From Polymyxa betae A26-41 (Eukaryota > Protista > Endomyxa: Phytomyxea): a stretch of DNA of 64,000 nt. Position 1 is the first letter of the stretch. Each line of letters starts with the position of its first letter. The position numbers were made by a program, and so were the translations under genes. Positions 11,321-28,039 of this stretch are shown piece after piece. The DNA is taken from positions 124,001 through 188,000 of the forward strand of contig RBZT01000435.1 in the NCBI GenBank assembly GCA_003693705.1. The letters run 5' to 3'. The notes beneath the pieces were generated by a model. It saw only the letters and a list, made by a program, of their open reading frames with translations. It made no database searches and was not told the DNA's origin.

Positions 11321-13755
11321 TTAAAGACCTTCATTAAATCCATTATATTTCAGCGATCGGACTATTGCCCTAAATTGGAATGTGGTAATTGTTGCAGAAA
11401 ACACTAATTCAGAAGTAAATGGGGTCAACCGACACTCGCATGGAAAATGTAACATTTGGATCTGGATGTGTCCCATTTGATATGGTTCTGAAAGTGAAAG
11501 CAATTGAAGGTCTCAGCATTACCAGCAGGTTGAAAGCAGCTGGAGGAATGAATGATGAGACATAGCTTTCAAAGCAGACTCCGTTAGATATCTGCCAGGT
11601 CATTGCATCATCACCGCAGGGCAAATCAGTATTGGCCCAATTAAAGCCCAAGTTTGAGTGGTACCGTACAATAGAATGGCGATAGACATGCTCTGCGTTC
11701 CTGTGTTCTGCGACGTGCCTCAGCCAATTGGGCAGCATGATCTGCAGTCAACTGTGAACTGCTCCATAGCAAGAATTGCTCTTCGATCGCAGATATCGAG
11801 CACTCATCACCGATACAATTTAAGGCAGCCGAGTCAAACACCCGAATATTTCGATCCATTTGCGACGCGGAATTCACAATCCGACGAAGCGCCCTCCAAG
11901 CGTCAGGTTTCGAACTATCAATGATAACAACATCAGCGACCGACAGCTTAGTAACTCTTCTCGCCCCAAGCTTGGCAACCCTACAGCCGATAAGGTCAGT
12001 GCCAAGCGGAACAGAGAGAGAGCAATTGCTAACAGAATGACAGCTTGATGTCGACTTGACGCATCTAATTGGGAATGTAACATGATTGACGAGTCTAAAT
12101 ACGAATCAGTATACCAATAAAGGAATATGGATGGGGTCGCCCCAGGGTCCCAAATTCATAATGTGGCAGCCTCTAATGAACTTAATAGACAGCTCAATAC
12201 CTTTGAAGAATGTCAGACTCGTTATGGGCTCGATAACCGGGATAGCAGCACCCTCTGGGGACTGGATGGAATCGCGACGTTCATTCTCCGGCGAGAATGC
12301 CCGAGCCGGCAGCACCAGCTTTTTGAAGAACTCGTCCTGCCCGCCGGCACATCTTCTATATCGACCACCAACAAGTTTCTCCAAATTCTATTACGAGATT
12401 TAGAGAAAATGGAAATCGACATGATTGCTTGACCTCTTGATGCTGACGATCGCTTGCATTCGGGTCAAAATCAAATGGTAGAGCAGACATGCTGACATCT
12501 TTAGGAATCACCTGACGAACGAACTCTCTAACTACGGCATGCAATTAATAATGAAATACGGATTCTTTTCCTCGATATTCGGCCATACCCTCTGTAAGGC
12601 TGGAGCATATTGAGTTAGAAGAGGAGCAGGCAACGATAGTTTACCTGGAATGCATCGAGTACAAGATTCGGTATATATTCGGTTCTGATTCAATGACTGG
12701 CCGATGGCAGAGCCGCTCTTGGGCGAACCACATCGTCGTCGTTTTGATCAAAAGCGGGCCGATGTTCACACCGGTGTCAAACTACCAACAAAATTTAGCC
12801 GAGGACACGGCAGCCGGCTTGCAAATTTTCAGATACCCTTCGGTCGGTTATTTCTTTGAATCGTTTCGGGCAACAAATACAAAATCGCAGCTCATCATCC
12901 AATGTACAGTATTTTTCGAAGAAAGGAAGTGCAAGAAAGATCTGAACATCTGTACTGTACAGCAATGTCAAGAGGATAACTCGGCAAGCAGGCGAATAAC
13001 GCCACCTTGGAAAATCCAGATGAACTTGACAGCCGAATTTCGAACAAATGGCTTCGATAATCGGCTCAGCACCAAGCGGCTGTAAGCTAATGACGACTTT
13101 CTGCTGTGAAGGCGCTTTTTCGATCAGATCAATGACGGCCTTGGCAGCCCCTTGCTTGGACGGAAACTCTGGACAGCGCTGAGAGCAGAATGTCGCATCC
13201 AGCTAGCAAGCCAGATCAATGACAATCAGCACCTTAGTAATATAAGCCTAACCACGAGATGATCCAGGCGCGAGGTCGACAGGTAAGGCATCATAACTTC
13301 CAGCATGGCCTGGTTATCGAATCGAAAGTCGCCGGTATGAATAATACGCCCGATCTGTGTGCATTCGAACAAGATCATGGCCGAGCCCGAGCAATGTCGT
13401 GCATCAAACATAGTAAAGCATAGATCGAAATGCGATGCACGATGCACCATGGTCTCACAATAATTGCAGCCGACCACAACCTCTTTTAAAGACGGGAATC
13501 TGGCAAGCAGCAGTAATCGTGTATGGTGACTGCAATAGATGGATCGAAAGCGGAAATTAGCGCTCAGACCCTGCATATGATCTGGAGAACTTCAACAAAG
13601 GTGACTGAGAACCATATTTTTCAACAACCTGCATGAAAATGGGTCAGGAAAAAGACGGCTTTGTCAGCGAAATGATCAGGTATAGATGTCCAGGTATCAA
13701 CAAATATTCCATGGCTGTTTAGAAGCTGGCATGAGCGAAGGGAAAACTTTGCCAT
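11321..13755 (-). CDS. SNM1/Artemis-family metallo-beta-lactamase/beta-CASP nuclease; both ends approximate
   Basis: Spliced motif FFLTHFHA|DHMQGL (HxHxDH), DARHCSGSAMILF, IHTGDFRF, LDATFC and YSMHS. Canonical introns carry the frame further 3'; the last exons are uncertain. Confidence 0.8.
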
Positions 13756-14356
13756 AGATAATAGCTAGCTGATAGCGGATTGGACGGACGCGAAAGCACA
13801 GATGACCGAAATGCGCCAACAGTCCATGACTAACGTAGTCAGAATCGTGCAAATGCAGATGTGAGCGAGTTCGGAACTGAATTTACCAAAATTCAATAAT
13901 CGATATGTACAATATTTGTGTTTGGATGGCTTGATTTAGGATTCAACAATCTGTGTTTATTAATGCTGGCGATATAAGGTTGCAAAAAATAGAACCGGAA
14001 TGGCACGGCAATCTTTAAGGCTGCCCATAGGGTGTAAGCGCAGACGATCCGACTCTGATCCTTCAAATTTCCAAAAAACAAATGACGCTGATAGACCAAA
14101 ATGTTCCATGCTGCGACGCTCTAATTCGCTTAAAAAAAAGGCTAAATCCGATTCCAGACATCAGCAGACAAGGCAGAACTGCATACCTGACGGAATTAAG
14201 TGTGTGAAACTTGCATGCCTTGCAACGAAGAACGGTTCAAGGCGGCAATGACTCGCCAACAATTTGGTTGCCGCCTGTCCGGTTGATCAAGTATGGTCAA
14301 TCTTTGTGCGAAAATGCGGGAGCTTTTGAACGTGTTCGCTTTGGCATCCTGTCACT

Positions 14357-15015
14357 ATGAGCGATGATCTTCAGGCGAAGCAGCACGAGCAATGCGAGCA
14401 ATGGAAAGCGCAAGCTCTAAAAAGCCCCTTTGTTCGTTTCATGGTTTCGGCGATGGAAGGGGCCGGCTGCCGCGTCGACGAGCGGTATTTCCGCTGTGTG
14501 CCCTGCAAGGAGACCGGCATCGGTGGCGGCCTGCATTACGATAAGAATGGCAATACATCAGTGGTGCTTTGCGAGAATCGCTTAGAAACCCAAGAGCAGG
14601 CAACCACAGCGACCGTTCATGAGCTCATTCACGCTTTCGATAATTGCCGATCTCATCAAGACCCGGAAAATCTTCTTCACCATGCTTGTACTGAGGTTTG
14701 CATGCAGATCCTCCCCATAATTTATGATTGATTTGTAGCTATAGATTCGGGCCGCTAGTCTTTCAGGTGATTGTCACTGGAAGTTGGAATTCCTTCGTGG
14801 AAATTTCGGAATTGTCAAGTGAGTATTGATAGACAGTATGACGGATGCAATCTGATTCTGATTCAAGACAGCATCAAGCTTGTGTAAGAAGACGTGCCAT
14901 CCTATCGGTGAAAATGAATCCCGCTTGTGGATCAGAAGAGGAAGCCGCGCAAGCTGTCGATCAGGTTTGGAACGTCTGCTTTGCTGATACCGAGCCTTTC
15001 GAACGAATACCATAA
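14357..15015 (+). CDS. ATP23: Mitochondrial inner-membrane metalloprotease Atp23
   Basis: HELIHAFD (HExxH), HHACTE|IRAASLSGDC, C-terminal CFADTEPFERIP; two introns. Confidence 0.95.
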
Positions 15016-15559
15016 GATGTTATTCAAGTCATTGTTAAACCATATCATGCTTAGAATCAAAAGAATATATCATTAAATTTGATTAGGCTAAGAAATTGCA
15101 TTGATTCGTTTGAATAGCGACCTATCAAGCTTCGATATTGGAGATATTGCAAATAGATTCATGTGATTGCTTAACAAGCAACAATGAAATAAGCTCGAGC
15201 CAGACTATAAGAAACCTAAACCCGCTCTAGGTCATTAGCATAGCGAGTAGCAAGCCGCCTCGCTATCAGCCACAGAACGGCGATTCAACCGGACCTTATC
15301 ACTCTTCGAAAAAACCCATGAAGCTGACAGCCGAACCCGCGATCGGCAAGGCACAATCACGAATGACCATTCGCCTGGCTGGAGGGATGAGAATAACCCA
15401 AGCGAGTCTTTTTCTTTCATACAAGAGTGGTGGCGCGGCCACATCTAAGGAGGTCGCGCCTCCTTTATCCCACCCGTAGTACGCCGTCGTAATCAACGAC
15501 CCGCCGCCCGCCGCGTCCAATTCCATCATTGCTGTCTCTCGTCGTCGTCAACCATCCGA

Positions 15560-20399
<4,840 letters not shown>

Positions 20400-20468
20400 T
20401 TTATATATTTGTCTTGTAAATGTATTTATGAGATTATCATTATTTACAGCATGTGCACGTTTTACAGT

Positions 20469-23400
20469 TCATGTTTGTGTTGGCCATGTGCATGAGAAAT
20501 TGCTCTTTGGGTTCCTTTCTTCATTCTCAATATCGGAAACTCCAGCGTGTGAGAACGAGGGAGAAGCCAAATATTGTGATTCTCGATCCACAACAGAAGA
20601 CGGCTCGCTAATCACAGATTCATCTTTAAGTGGAGGAAAGGCTCTACTTGGTAATTCAAAACTGGAAATCTGGTAAACCGTTACAGGCTCGGTGATTCCT
20701 TTATAACGATGCACTCCAAGATTGATAAACATTGCGGGGAATGATGAGCTCAAAGCATTATAGATTGACGAATCGCAAATGATTTGCCCACCGTAGGCAC
20801 TGTTTGCAATTCTTGATGCTCGATTTACAACGCCACCAAAATAATCCATTCGATTTGTCACCGGATTTTTCCGACAAATTGGAAACCCCAAATTAACTCC
20901 CATTTGAATCCTTATTCGAATTAGAACTAGTTTCTTGACATTAGGTGGTTCGAAGCTCTACCTTAGACCACAAAACACCAAACGTCCCGTCTTGTCGATT
21001 TCTTTGGCTGCCGATTGATGACACGATACAAGAGAATCAGGCCAGGCGCAAAACAGCAAAGCATTTTGCACAGCAATGCACCATGATATAGCTGCACTTG
21101 CGGAGGAAAAGGTTACCATGAAAGCGTCTCCTTCAGTCTTAACCTATATGTTTAACATTATTATTTACAGACTCCTCTTTTTCACAATAAATATTACTTC
21201 GTAACCCTTGTACACCTGCAACAGATCCCGCAAGATTTTATCATGGTAATATGATGCAATGTTCATCCCATCGGGCTCCTTTTCCCACAGTATGGATGAA
21301 TCTTGAATATTAGTAAATACACATGTGACCTACTGAACTCTTAGTCAAGACAAGACAATGAAACTGAATCCGACTTCTCCTGTTGGAGCAATTCCAGTGG
21401 GACTGGGGACAAAAGTTGGCGATAATGCTGACACCGTCGAACTGGATGTAATTCTTGACGACAGAGTTGATCCCTCTGCCAATCTGGCTGCTTCTTTCAA
21501 ATATTTAATCCACATATGCATTTGTTGTTCGGTATCTGCAGCAAGGTGGTGTATCTAAATTGGTATCAGAACGAGGCCAGCCATGTTAAATAGAAACATT
21601 ACAGACGTGATTTGAATCGGTTAATTCAAACCGGAATGAAAACTCAGAGTTCGTAGAGAGTCCACCGAAATCTTCTTTCCGTATGGTCTTGTATCGATTC
21701 AAGGAGGCATGAGCCCCAGAGTCGCGATTGATCGATATCGATCCTTTGTAGGACATTTGAAAGTACCAGAGTTTAAATCCATCCAAAACGAAATATCTTG
21801 ACCTCCAGCGCGGAAAATGAGGGCTCTTTTTCTTGAGCCACCCTTCCATACGTGTTTCAGGAGGGTCTAGCTGATGGCTGTAAGCAAAAGCAGCATTATT
21901 CAGAGCCTGATATTCGTTATTGGCAACCGGGATTTAACTGATGTTTTTACCTGCACCCAACGAGCCATTTGCTCTGGAGACGAAGCTGAGAGATAGAGGG
22001 GCTTTGCTCGATTCTTTGCTGCATAACTAAATGCAAAATTGGAGCGAGCATCTGGTGATAGATGGAATTCACACATATCGCAGACTTTTTCGGTAACAGT
22101 CTGCCCAGTGGCATCCTGAGCGAGAAGTTTACACCAGCATATCATGGAGCAAGATAAATACCGAAAATCGGGCATCTTGAGTTATACATTGGTTGCAGAA
22201 AACGTTATTGCAATATCCGCATTGCTTTCGGCTTCTGGTTAAAGAGAACGGTTTTAAACAATTGTTGCATTCTGGCATTAACTCTTGGTTGACTGCAGAA
22301 TTTCTTTTGATTTCTTCTATCAGCATTGGGAGCAAGTCTGTGCGTAAACGCATGGACACTTGGCGAAGTGCCTGATCGAATATGTGTGATGAAACTCGCC
22401 TTCGTTCTTGCCCTAAAGTTAGAGCATCGATTATGTTTTCCCTGGTTTCATGCCATAATTGAACCTGAAATGGAGGCTCAATCGAGAATGGAACTACTGA
22501 TTCAATCTGATTCTTACTTCAGATCCAGCGCCAGTAAAGATGTACTTTCTAGTTATTGATTTAGCCGATTCAAAAGCTTCCACACTTCTAGGAGGCAATT
22601 CCTGAAACGCTTTCACATCTAAACAAAAAGAAATCGATTCTTTTTGGTTTGTGAGACGAGAAAATCCTTTCAGTAAAGATCTCTATCAACGCTTCAAAAT
22701 CTTGTTGAGAAACGCATATCAGTACCAAACCTTAGAGGCATCCGAAAGAAATTCATCAAGGGTATGGTCGTACTGAACTCTTGGAAACTGCTTCACAAGT
22801 CCTTCTTCGATCGCCATTGTGCCTTTAGTGGAGATATCGAAATACTGCAGATTTGGCGGTACAATTCGGTAAAAGAACGGTTTCCAAAACTAGTTGGCAT
22901 CAATACACTATAAAATTCAGCATACAAGAAACTCATGGCTTACAATGCCAGCATTAGATCTATGAGAAAGCCATCCTTCAAGCAGAATTAACTGCTTATG
23001 GTCATTAATGTCGTCTGATACCGAATAGAGTGGACGCATTCTGGGAGCGCAATTTGATTTGTTATTGGGAGCATGCGCCGAGTAGTCATCACTTGAGTAC
23101 GAATCCTGATGATGGGACGAATCTGAATCGATATGTAAAGTTCTCGATGGCGGTGGATAACTGAATGATTGAAACCCAAACTGAGAGGGAGTTTTAGTCA
23201 AGAATCGCCTTTTCTTTGAGGCTAAGGTTTTCAAATTTGGCAAATCGCTTGTTACGACTGCCAGATCAGTGCTTGTCAGATGTTTGAAGCAAACCGCCAC
23301 CACTTTAACGCATTCCGCCCTTCTTACTAAACGAACCCTCAGATCGTTTTTATCTGCGATCTGTGTCGGTCAGACATTTGACAACTGGATTCTTGAAAAC

Positions 23401-23792
23401 TTTGATCGACCTTAAATAGAACTTCGTCAGCGTGATCGCAGAGGATGATGGCACAAATGTTTTTGATGTCGATGTCACGACGAGGTTTTCGGTATCGATC
23501 AGGCAAGAAGTGCAACAAGCTTGTGTTAGTGACAACTAAGTGACGCTGCTGCCACATTCCTCTCGAGTTGACTTTATAAACACTATCGGAGAAGTACAGA
23601 TTTTCTACCAACGTCGGACTCTCATCAAGGATCCCTTTAAAATGATTGAGCGATCCAGCTAGCACACAGGCCAGCATTAGTACGCTTCTCAGCATTGAAG
23701 AATTCCAGCAGCTGCTGATTGCCGGCGATGCGTAGGTAGTCGCCGTTGGCCGGCTGCAGTTCGTGCAGAGCCTGCCTGAAGTCGGTCGTCAT
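20469..23792 (-). CDS. Multidomain class III adenylyl cyclase-like protein: TH1-like, split PH with RGS and FYVE insert, PH, cyclase
   Basis: Spliced translation gives GDYL...[22 protein letters not shown] (TH1), LEGWLSHR (PH N-half), RGS-like helices, four CxxC pairs (FYVE), [14 protein letters not shown] (PH C-half), MEGWLKKK...QMHMWIKYL (PH), and cyclase motifs [38 protein letters not shown]. Confidence 0.85.
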
Positions 23793-24066
23793 CACGACAT
23801 CCCCAGGATAATGAATCTGATGAAAGAGAGTCTGGTGACAGAAGCACGGTATCGTTTCACAAGTATCGTCCAGTCAGTCGAGATTCCAGATAACTGGGAT
23901 GTCAGTCAGCCCCGCAGCACCAAGAGGCTACCTCATGACTCTGGAACACTGCTCTATAATTCATCTCTCGTGTCCTTTAAAGCTTCTAAGGGAGCGGGAC
24001 CTCTTATGCATCTCCATTAAAGTCTTCGACATGCTTTGAGAAGCAGACCCTCCCGAATATGGATCT

Positions 24067-24546
24067 TTAGAAGCTGATCTTTATGCCCATAGATTTACAG
24101 CTGGCGGCTATCGACTTCACAATCGCCTCAAGCGACTTGTCTTGCACGCCAGGGTCCGTTTGCTTAATCTTACCGATTTCATAGAGCTGGCGCACCGAGA
24201 CGGTCCCGGCAGAATCTTTACCTGGGAATTTCGCTCCTGTTTCAATACCAGCTGCTTGCTTCAGAAAATAGCTGGTCGGTGGCGATTTGATTTCCAGCGA
24301 GAAAGTCCGGTCTTCGAAAGCGGTGATCAAAACACGAAGCGGCACCGATTTCTTATAATCGACTGAAGCAGCGTTAAACGTCTAAGGCAACGGTTACTAG
24401 TGATAGCAACACACAAGCCGAATCGGAACCTTGCAGAACTCCATCATATTGAGACCGAGTGAACCAATAGCTTGACCAATAGCTGGAGATGGTGCCGCTT
24501 TACCGGCTGGCAATCTCATACGAACCAAAGCCTTCACAGCCGACAT
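24067..24546 (-). CDS. MRPL11: Mitochondrial ribosomal protein uL11m
   Basis: [28 protein letters not shown]|TFNA...[14 protein letters not shown]...SCKSMGI; one intron. Confidence 0.93.
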
Positions 24547-24781
24547 GACGATAACAAACTGCGCTACGAAGAAACCCTCAAAAAACTAAGTCACCAGAAG
24601 CACGCACCTGACAGTTCCTCAAAGTAAACGATGGCTCGAAATCGATCTATTAACTATAGCGAAGTTTGCTTTTCTGTTCCCTGTAAGGAAACTCTGGTGT
24701 TGAAACCAGTTAGGTTCAATGAGGCATTGTCACTTGGTGATAAAGTTTCAGGTTTCGCAAACTGTACAATGGAAATCTAAT

Positions 24782-26539
24782 TTATGGACATAAAGAGCGG
24801 TACTGGATGAAAGCTTGCAAGTTATCCCGAGCTTCCGCCGCCTCTTCAAACAGATCTTCATCAGCAACTTTCCACCGCCTGTCATCAGCCACAATGGCAC
24901 TCAGCACAGGCAGGAGATTGAGTCGGGCGATGGTCTTCTGATGAACTCCATCGTCAGCAAACATGTCCATCAGGCCGTTAACAGCCTCCAGAAAAACGCG
25001 AACAGAATCGTCTTGGACTCGGCTGAGGACGGCTTCCGCAACCAGATCGGCTCTGGCGGCATCTCCGGATCCGAATCTTACTAAAACCGCGACGAATTCT
25101 TGACGGACAGCTTCTGACGACGACCTGGTCGCTAACGACGTCATCATGTCCAGTTGGTCGTGTCGCAGGTGGCGTGGCGCCGATGCCAGAGAGAGCGACA
25201 GCAGTCGACCGGAAACCTCGAGCAGCGACAGCCGCGCCTTGGTTCGGTGAGATTCGCGTTCAATGACGTCGATCGCCAGATCGGAAACGTCGTGACCTGA
25301 AACGATCTCGCTCAATGCCAAATTGATCATCGCTTCAACGCAGCGTTCAATGGCGCCATAGATAAGATCTAGAACACGACCCCAATCGCCACTATCGAAT
25401 CGTTCGTCGTCGACAACGGTCCTGATGCGATCGGCAAGCACCGGAACGAGCTGAAGGATACCGGACAGATCGACGACTTCTTTCAGCGACCAAGTCGGTT
25501 GGTCTTCGTCGACACAAATGAGATTAGCGACGGTCTCAGCAGCGATCTGAACTGCGACGGCCTGAGCCCGGAACGTTTGTAGCAGATCTTGCCAAGCTTG
25601 GTCAACAGCTTCAGGCGCCAATCTGCCGTCAATGGATTCCTGAAAAATAGTATCGTTGTTATGTGCAGTACGTTGCCTTTCAAGCTCAGCGTTGATCTCA
25701 GCCTGCATGCGCTGGGCGTCCTGAACGAGTTGCCTCTTTGCCGCAGACAAATTGATGCTGGCACAAGCCGCCAGATGCGGTGCGATTTCCGATAACAAAG
25801 CCGGCGCCGAGGTTAGGCGGGCTACCGTCGCAAACAGCGCCGCAGTATGCGCCACGACCAGAATCGACTCGTGGCCGAATAGCGAGCGTAATGTCAGCAG
25901 GGTTTCGCTGAGAAGGACCTGGGCCAGATCCGGGCGGTCATCGACAACGTTTCGATACATCTCCAGTACGGCAATTATGGCATCGGTCGGGCCTGATAAG
26001 AATGACGACAGCTTCCAGATGGCACCGTTGCCGATCGACGCCGATTCGACGTCTTGTTCCGTCAGACAGGCAATCAGCGCAAGGACCTGGGCGTTCCACG
26101 GAGTTGGCGGAGAATTCGCCCGACCCAATAGCAACATAACGATATCGTCGAAGGCGTAGCGTGCGACGGCGGCGAACGCAGCACCGTCCATAACGGCGAG
26201 ATTCCGTAGCAGACCGGCCGCATGCGTCGCGACGTTACTGTCGGCGTCGACGATAAGCGGGAGGACGACCGGGACCAAGCCAGCCCGGATGAGTTCGGTG
26301 GCTGCTTGGCTGTCGCCGCAGACGATGTTAGAGAGCGCCGAGCAGCTTATGGCGCGATGCAGGGCGACGTGGCTGGATAAATTCTCGACAACGTTGCGAT
26401 AACGGGCCGGTATTGATGATGGCACCGAACAAATCGGGAATGGGTTTGTAGAGCCCATGGGAATATCAGCGTCGGCCGATTTGGCACCGGGTTTCGTGCC
26501 CGCACGACGCCGGGCCTGGCGACGTTTCGCTGAACCCAT
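24782..26539 (-). CDS. HEATR3: HEAT/ARM-repeat protein HEATR3/Syo1 (uL5/uL18 import adaptor)
   Basis: Intronless 585 aa with basic NLS-like N-terminus MGSAKRRQARRR, ARM motif AAGLLRNL, and C-terminal EAVNGLMDMFADD...NLQAFIQY typical of Syo1/HEATR3. Confidence 0.78.
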   Translation of the reverse strand: MGSAKRRQARRRAGTKPGAKSADADIPMGSTNPFPICSVPSSIPARYRNVVENLSSHVALHRAISCSALSNIVCGDSQAATELIRAGLVPVVLPLIVDADSNVATHAAGLLRNLAVMDGAAFAAVARYAFDDIVMLLLGRANSPPTPWNAQVLALIACLTEQDVESASIGNGAIWKLSSFLSGPTDAIIAVLEMYRNVVDDRPDLAQVLLSETLLTLRSLFGHESILVVAHTAALFATVARLTSAPALLSEIAPHLAACASINLSAAKRQLVQDAQRMQAEINAELERQRTAHNNDTIFQESIDGRLAPEAVDQAWQDLLQTFRAQAVAVQIAAETVANLICVDEDQPTWSLKEVVDLSGILQLVPVLADRIRTVVDDERFDSGDWGRVLDLIYGAIERCVEAMINLALSEIVSGHDVSDLAIDVIERESHRTKARLSLLEVSGRLLSLSLASAPRHLRHDQLDMMTSLATRSSSEAVRQEFVAVLVRFGSGDAARADLVAEAVLSRVQDDSVRVFLEAVNGLMDMFADDGVHQKTIARLNLLPVLSAIVADDRRWKVADEDLFEEAAEARDNLQAFIQYRSLCP

Positions 26540-26769
26540 GACGCCTAACTTCCTGATAGAAATATCTTTCGGATGTCGTCAAAGACGGACTGCGTGGCGG
26601 ATTTTTTCATGGGAAATTTTTGGAAACACCAGAAAAAATTCGCATACAAAAATTCAAACCATTTTTCTTGTCCAGAGGGCAACTGTTTATCCCGACCGGA
26701 ATACGAAAATCTGTTTGGTATAGCTGTGATCTTTAAGCTTAAATAGAAATCAGTTCAAAAATCTTGTGA

Positions 26770-27130
26770 GCCATTCTCTAGCCCAGTTCATGGTTGCTAA
26801 GTTCACATTGTTCACAACCGATCCTTGAGCAGCGTTCGCTCCTACAATCAAGGCAGTGCTGTGTGCTTTCGCTTTAATGACGCTGGCTGAGAACATGAAT
26901 TTCGGCAGCTGTGCCATGCAAACGTTTCTGGTCCTGATGGCAACAACTCGTCTGATTCTGAGGTGATGCCTGCGACCTGAATGTAGGGCGTTCGTATTCG
27001 TCTTGTTCACAGGATGATTACAAGGTCTACCTCCCAATCAGTTGCATAGATGGAGGGATGGTAGGTCGCAGGCGACATCGTGTCTCGTGACCATGATGGT
27101 TCGAGCATGACGCCATTCAGTCACACAATC
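26770..27130 (+). ncRNA. Possible structured RNA(s), family unassigned
   Basis: 11-bp inverted repeat GCCTGCGACCT/AGGTCGCAGGC enclosing smaller hairpins, other stems nearby, and ACA triplets after three hairpins, inside an unusually long intergenic gap. Confidence 0.25.
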
Positions 27131-27163
27131 CATTAAGTCGCGTTCTCAGAGATCTCGGCGTCA

Positions 27164-27996
27164 ATGCCATCGAATCCTGATAGCTCAGATGATGAAGCCG
27201 ACCTCCAATTGCAATACAAGATAGTCGTCTTAGGTGACGGAGCCGTTGGCAAGACGTCGATTTGCCAGCGGTTCACCAATGATAATTTCGCCCAGACCTA
27301 TAAGCAGACCGTCGGCTTAGATTTCTTCATCAAGCAAATCGTGATAGGTCATACATTGCATAGATCGTGTGGTTGCAAAGCGCTAACAACGTGATGCCTT
27401 CGTTCAGATTCGGTGACCGTGGCGTTGCAGATTTGGGATATTGGAGGTCAATCCATTGGCAGCGAAATGATCAAGAACTACGTGTTTGGAGCACAAGCGG
27501 TTCTATTCGTTTATGATATCACCAATCTCGAAGCCTTCCAAAACGTTGAAGATTGGCTGAGTATCGTAAAATCAACGTTTAACCAGAACATGCCGCTGCT
27601 GTATCTAGTCGCTAACAAGCGTATGGAATGGCTTTAGTGCCTTCCCCTGTTTAACAGTCTTTAACAGAGGACCTCACTCATCTTCGGGTTGTAAAAGCCA
27701 AGTCTCACACGGCCTTTGCAGAAACCAACTATATGGTCGCATTCGAGGTCTCAGCGAAATCAGGAGATCAGGTGAATGCATGTTTCACGAGAATAGCAGC
27801 CGATCTGGCCGGCATCAAGCTTTCCAAAAGCCAGTTAGAGATTGCCACCGTATGACCATCGAAATCTGAAAATTCTCCATGTTGATATCTGCTGCAGAAG
27901 GTCGTTGAAGCCGAGATTGTGAATTATCAACAAAACGACCCGAATGAGAAACCCATCCAGCTAGAAGCGGCGAAAGGCAAATGTCTCGTCCAATAA
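27164..27996 (+). CDS. RAB28: Rab28 small GTPase
   Basis: GDGAVGKT, YKQTVGLDFF, the Rab28-type WDIGGQ, N-terminal SSDDE and C-terminal CAAX CLVQ. Confidence 0.93.
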
Positions 27997-28039
27997 AACC
28001 CGAATCAGTATAATGTCGTTTCAAAGGTCATCGTCACGA

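Noticed and set aside
11419-12432. Plus-strand ORFs (11658-11924, 12127-12432) suggesting a gene overlapping the nuclease 3' end
   Set aside because: They could not be spliced into a coherent protein, and the minus strand has a canonical intron continuing the nuclease frame.
14169-14277. Two hairpins upstream of ATP23 (CAAGGCA/TGCCTTG; AGGCGGCAAT/GTTGCCGCCT)
   Set aside because: No snRNA or snoRNA motifs; stems of this size are expected by chance in 64 kb.
26885-26980. TPP-riboswitch-like words CTGAGA and CTGAT...ATGCCTGCG
   Set aside because: Spacing is wrong and the closing AGGGA and P1/P4 pairings are absent.
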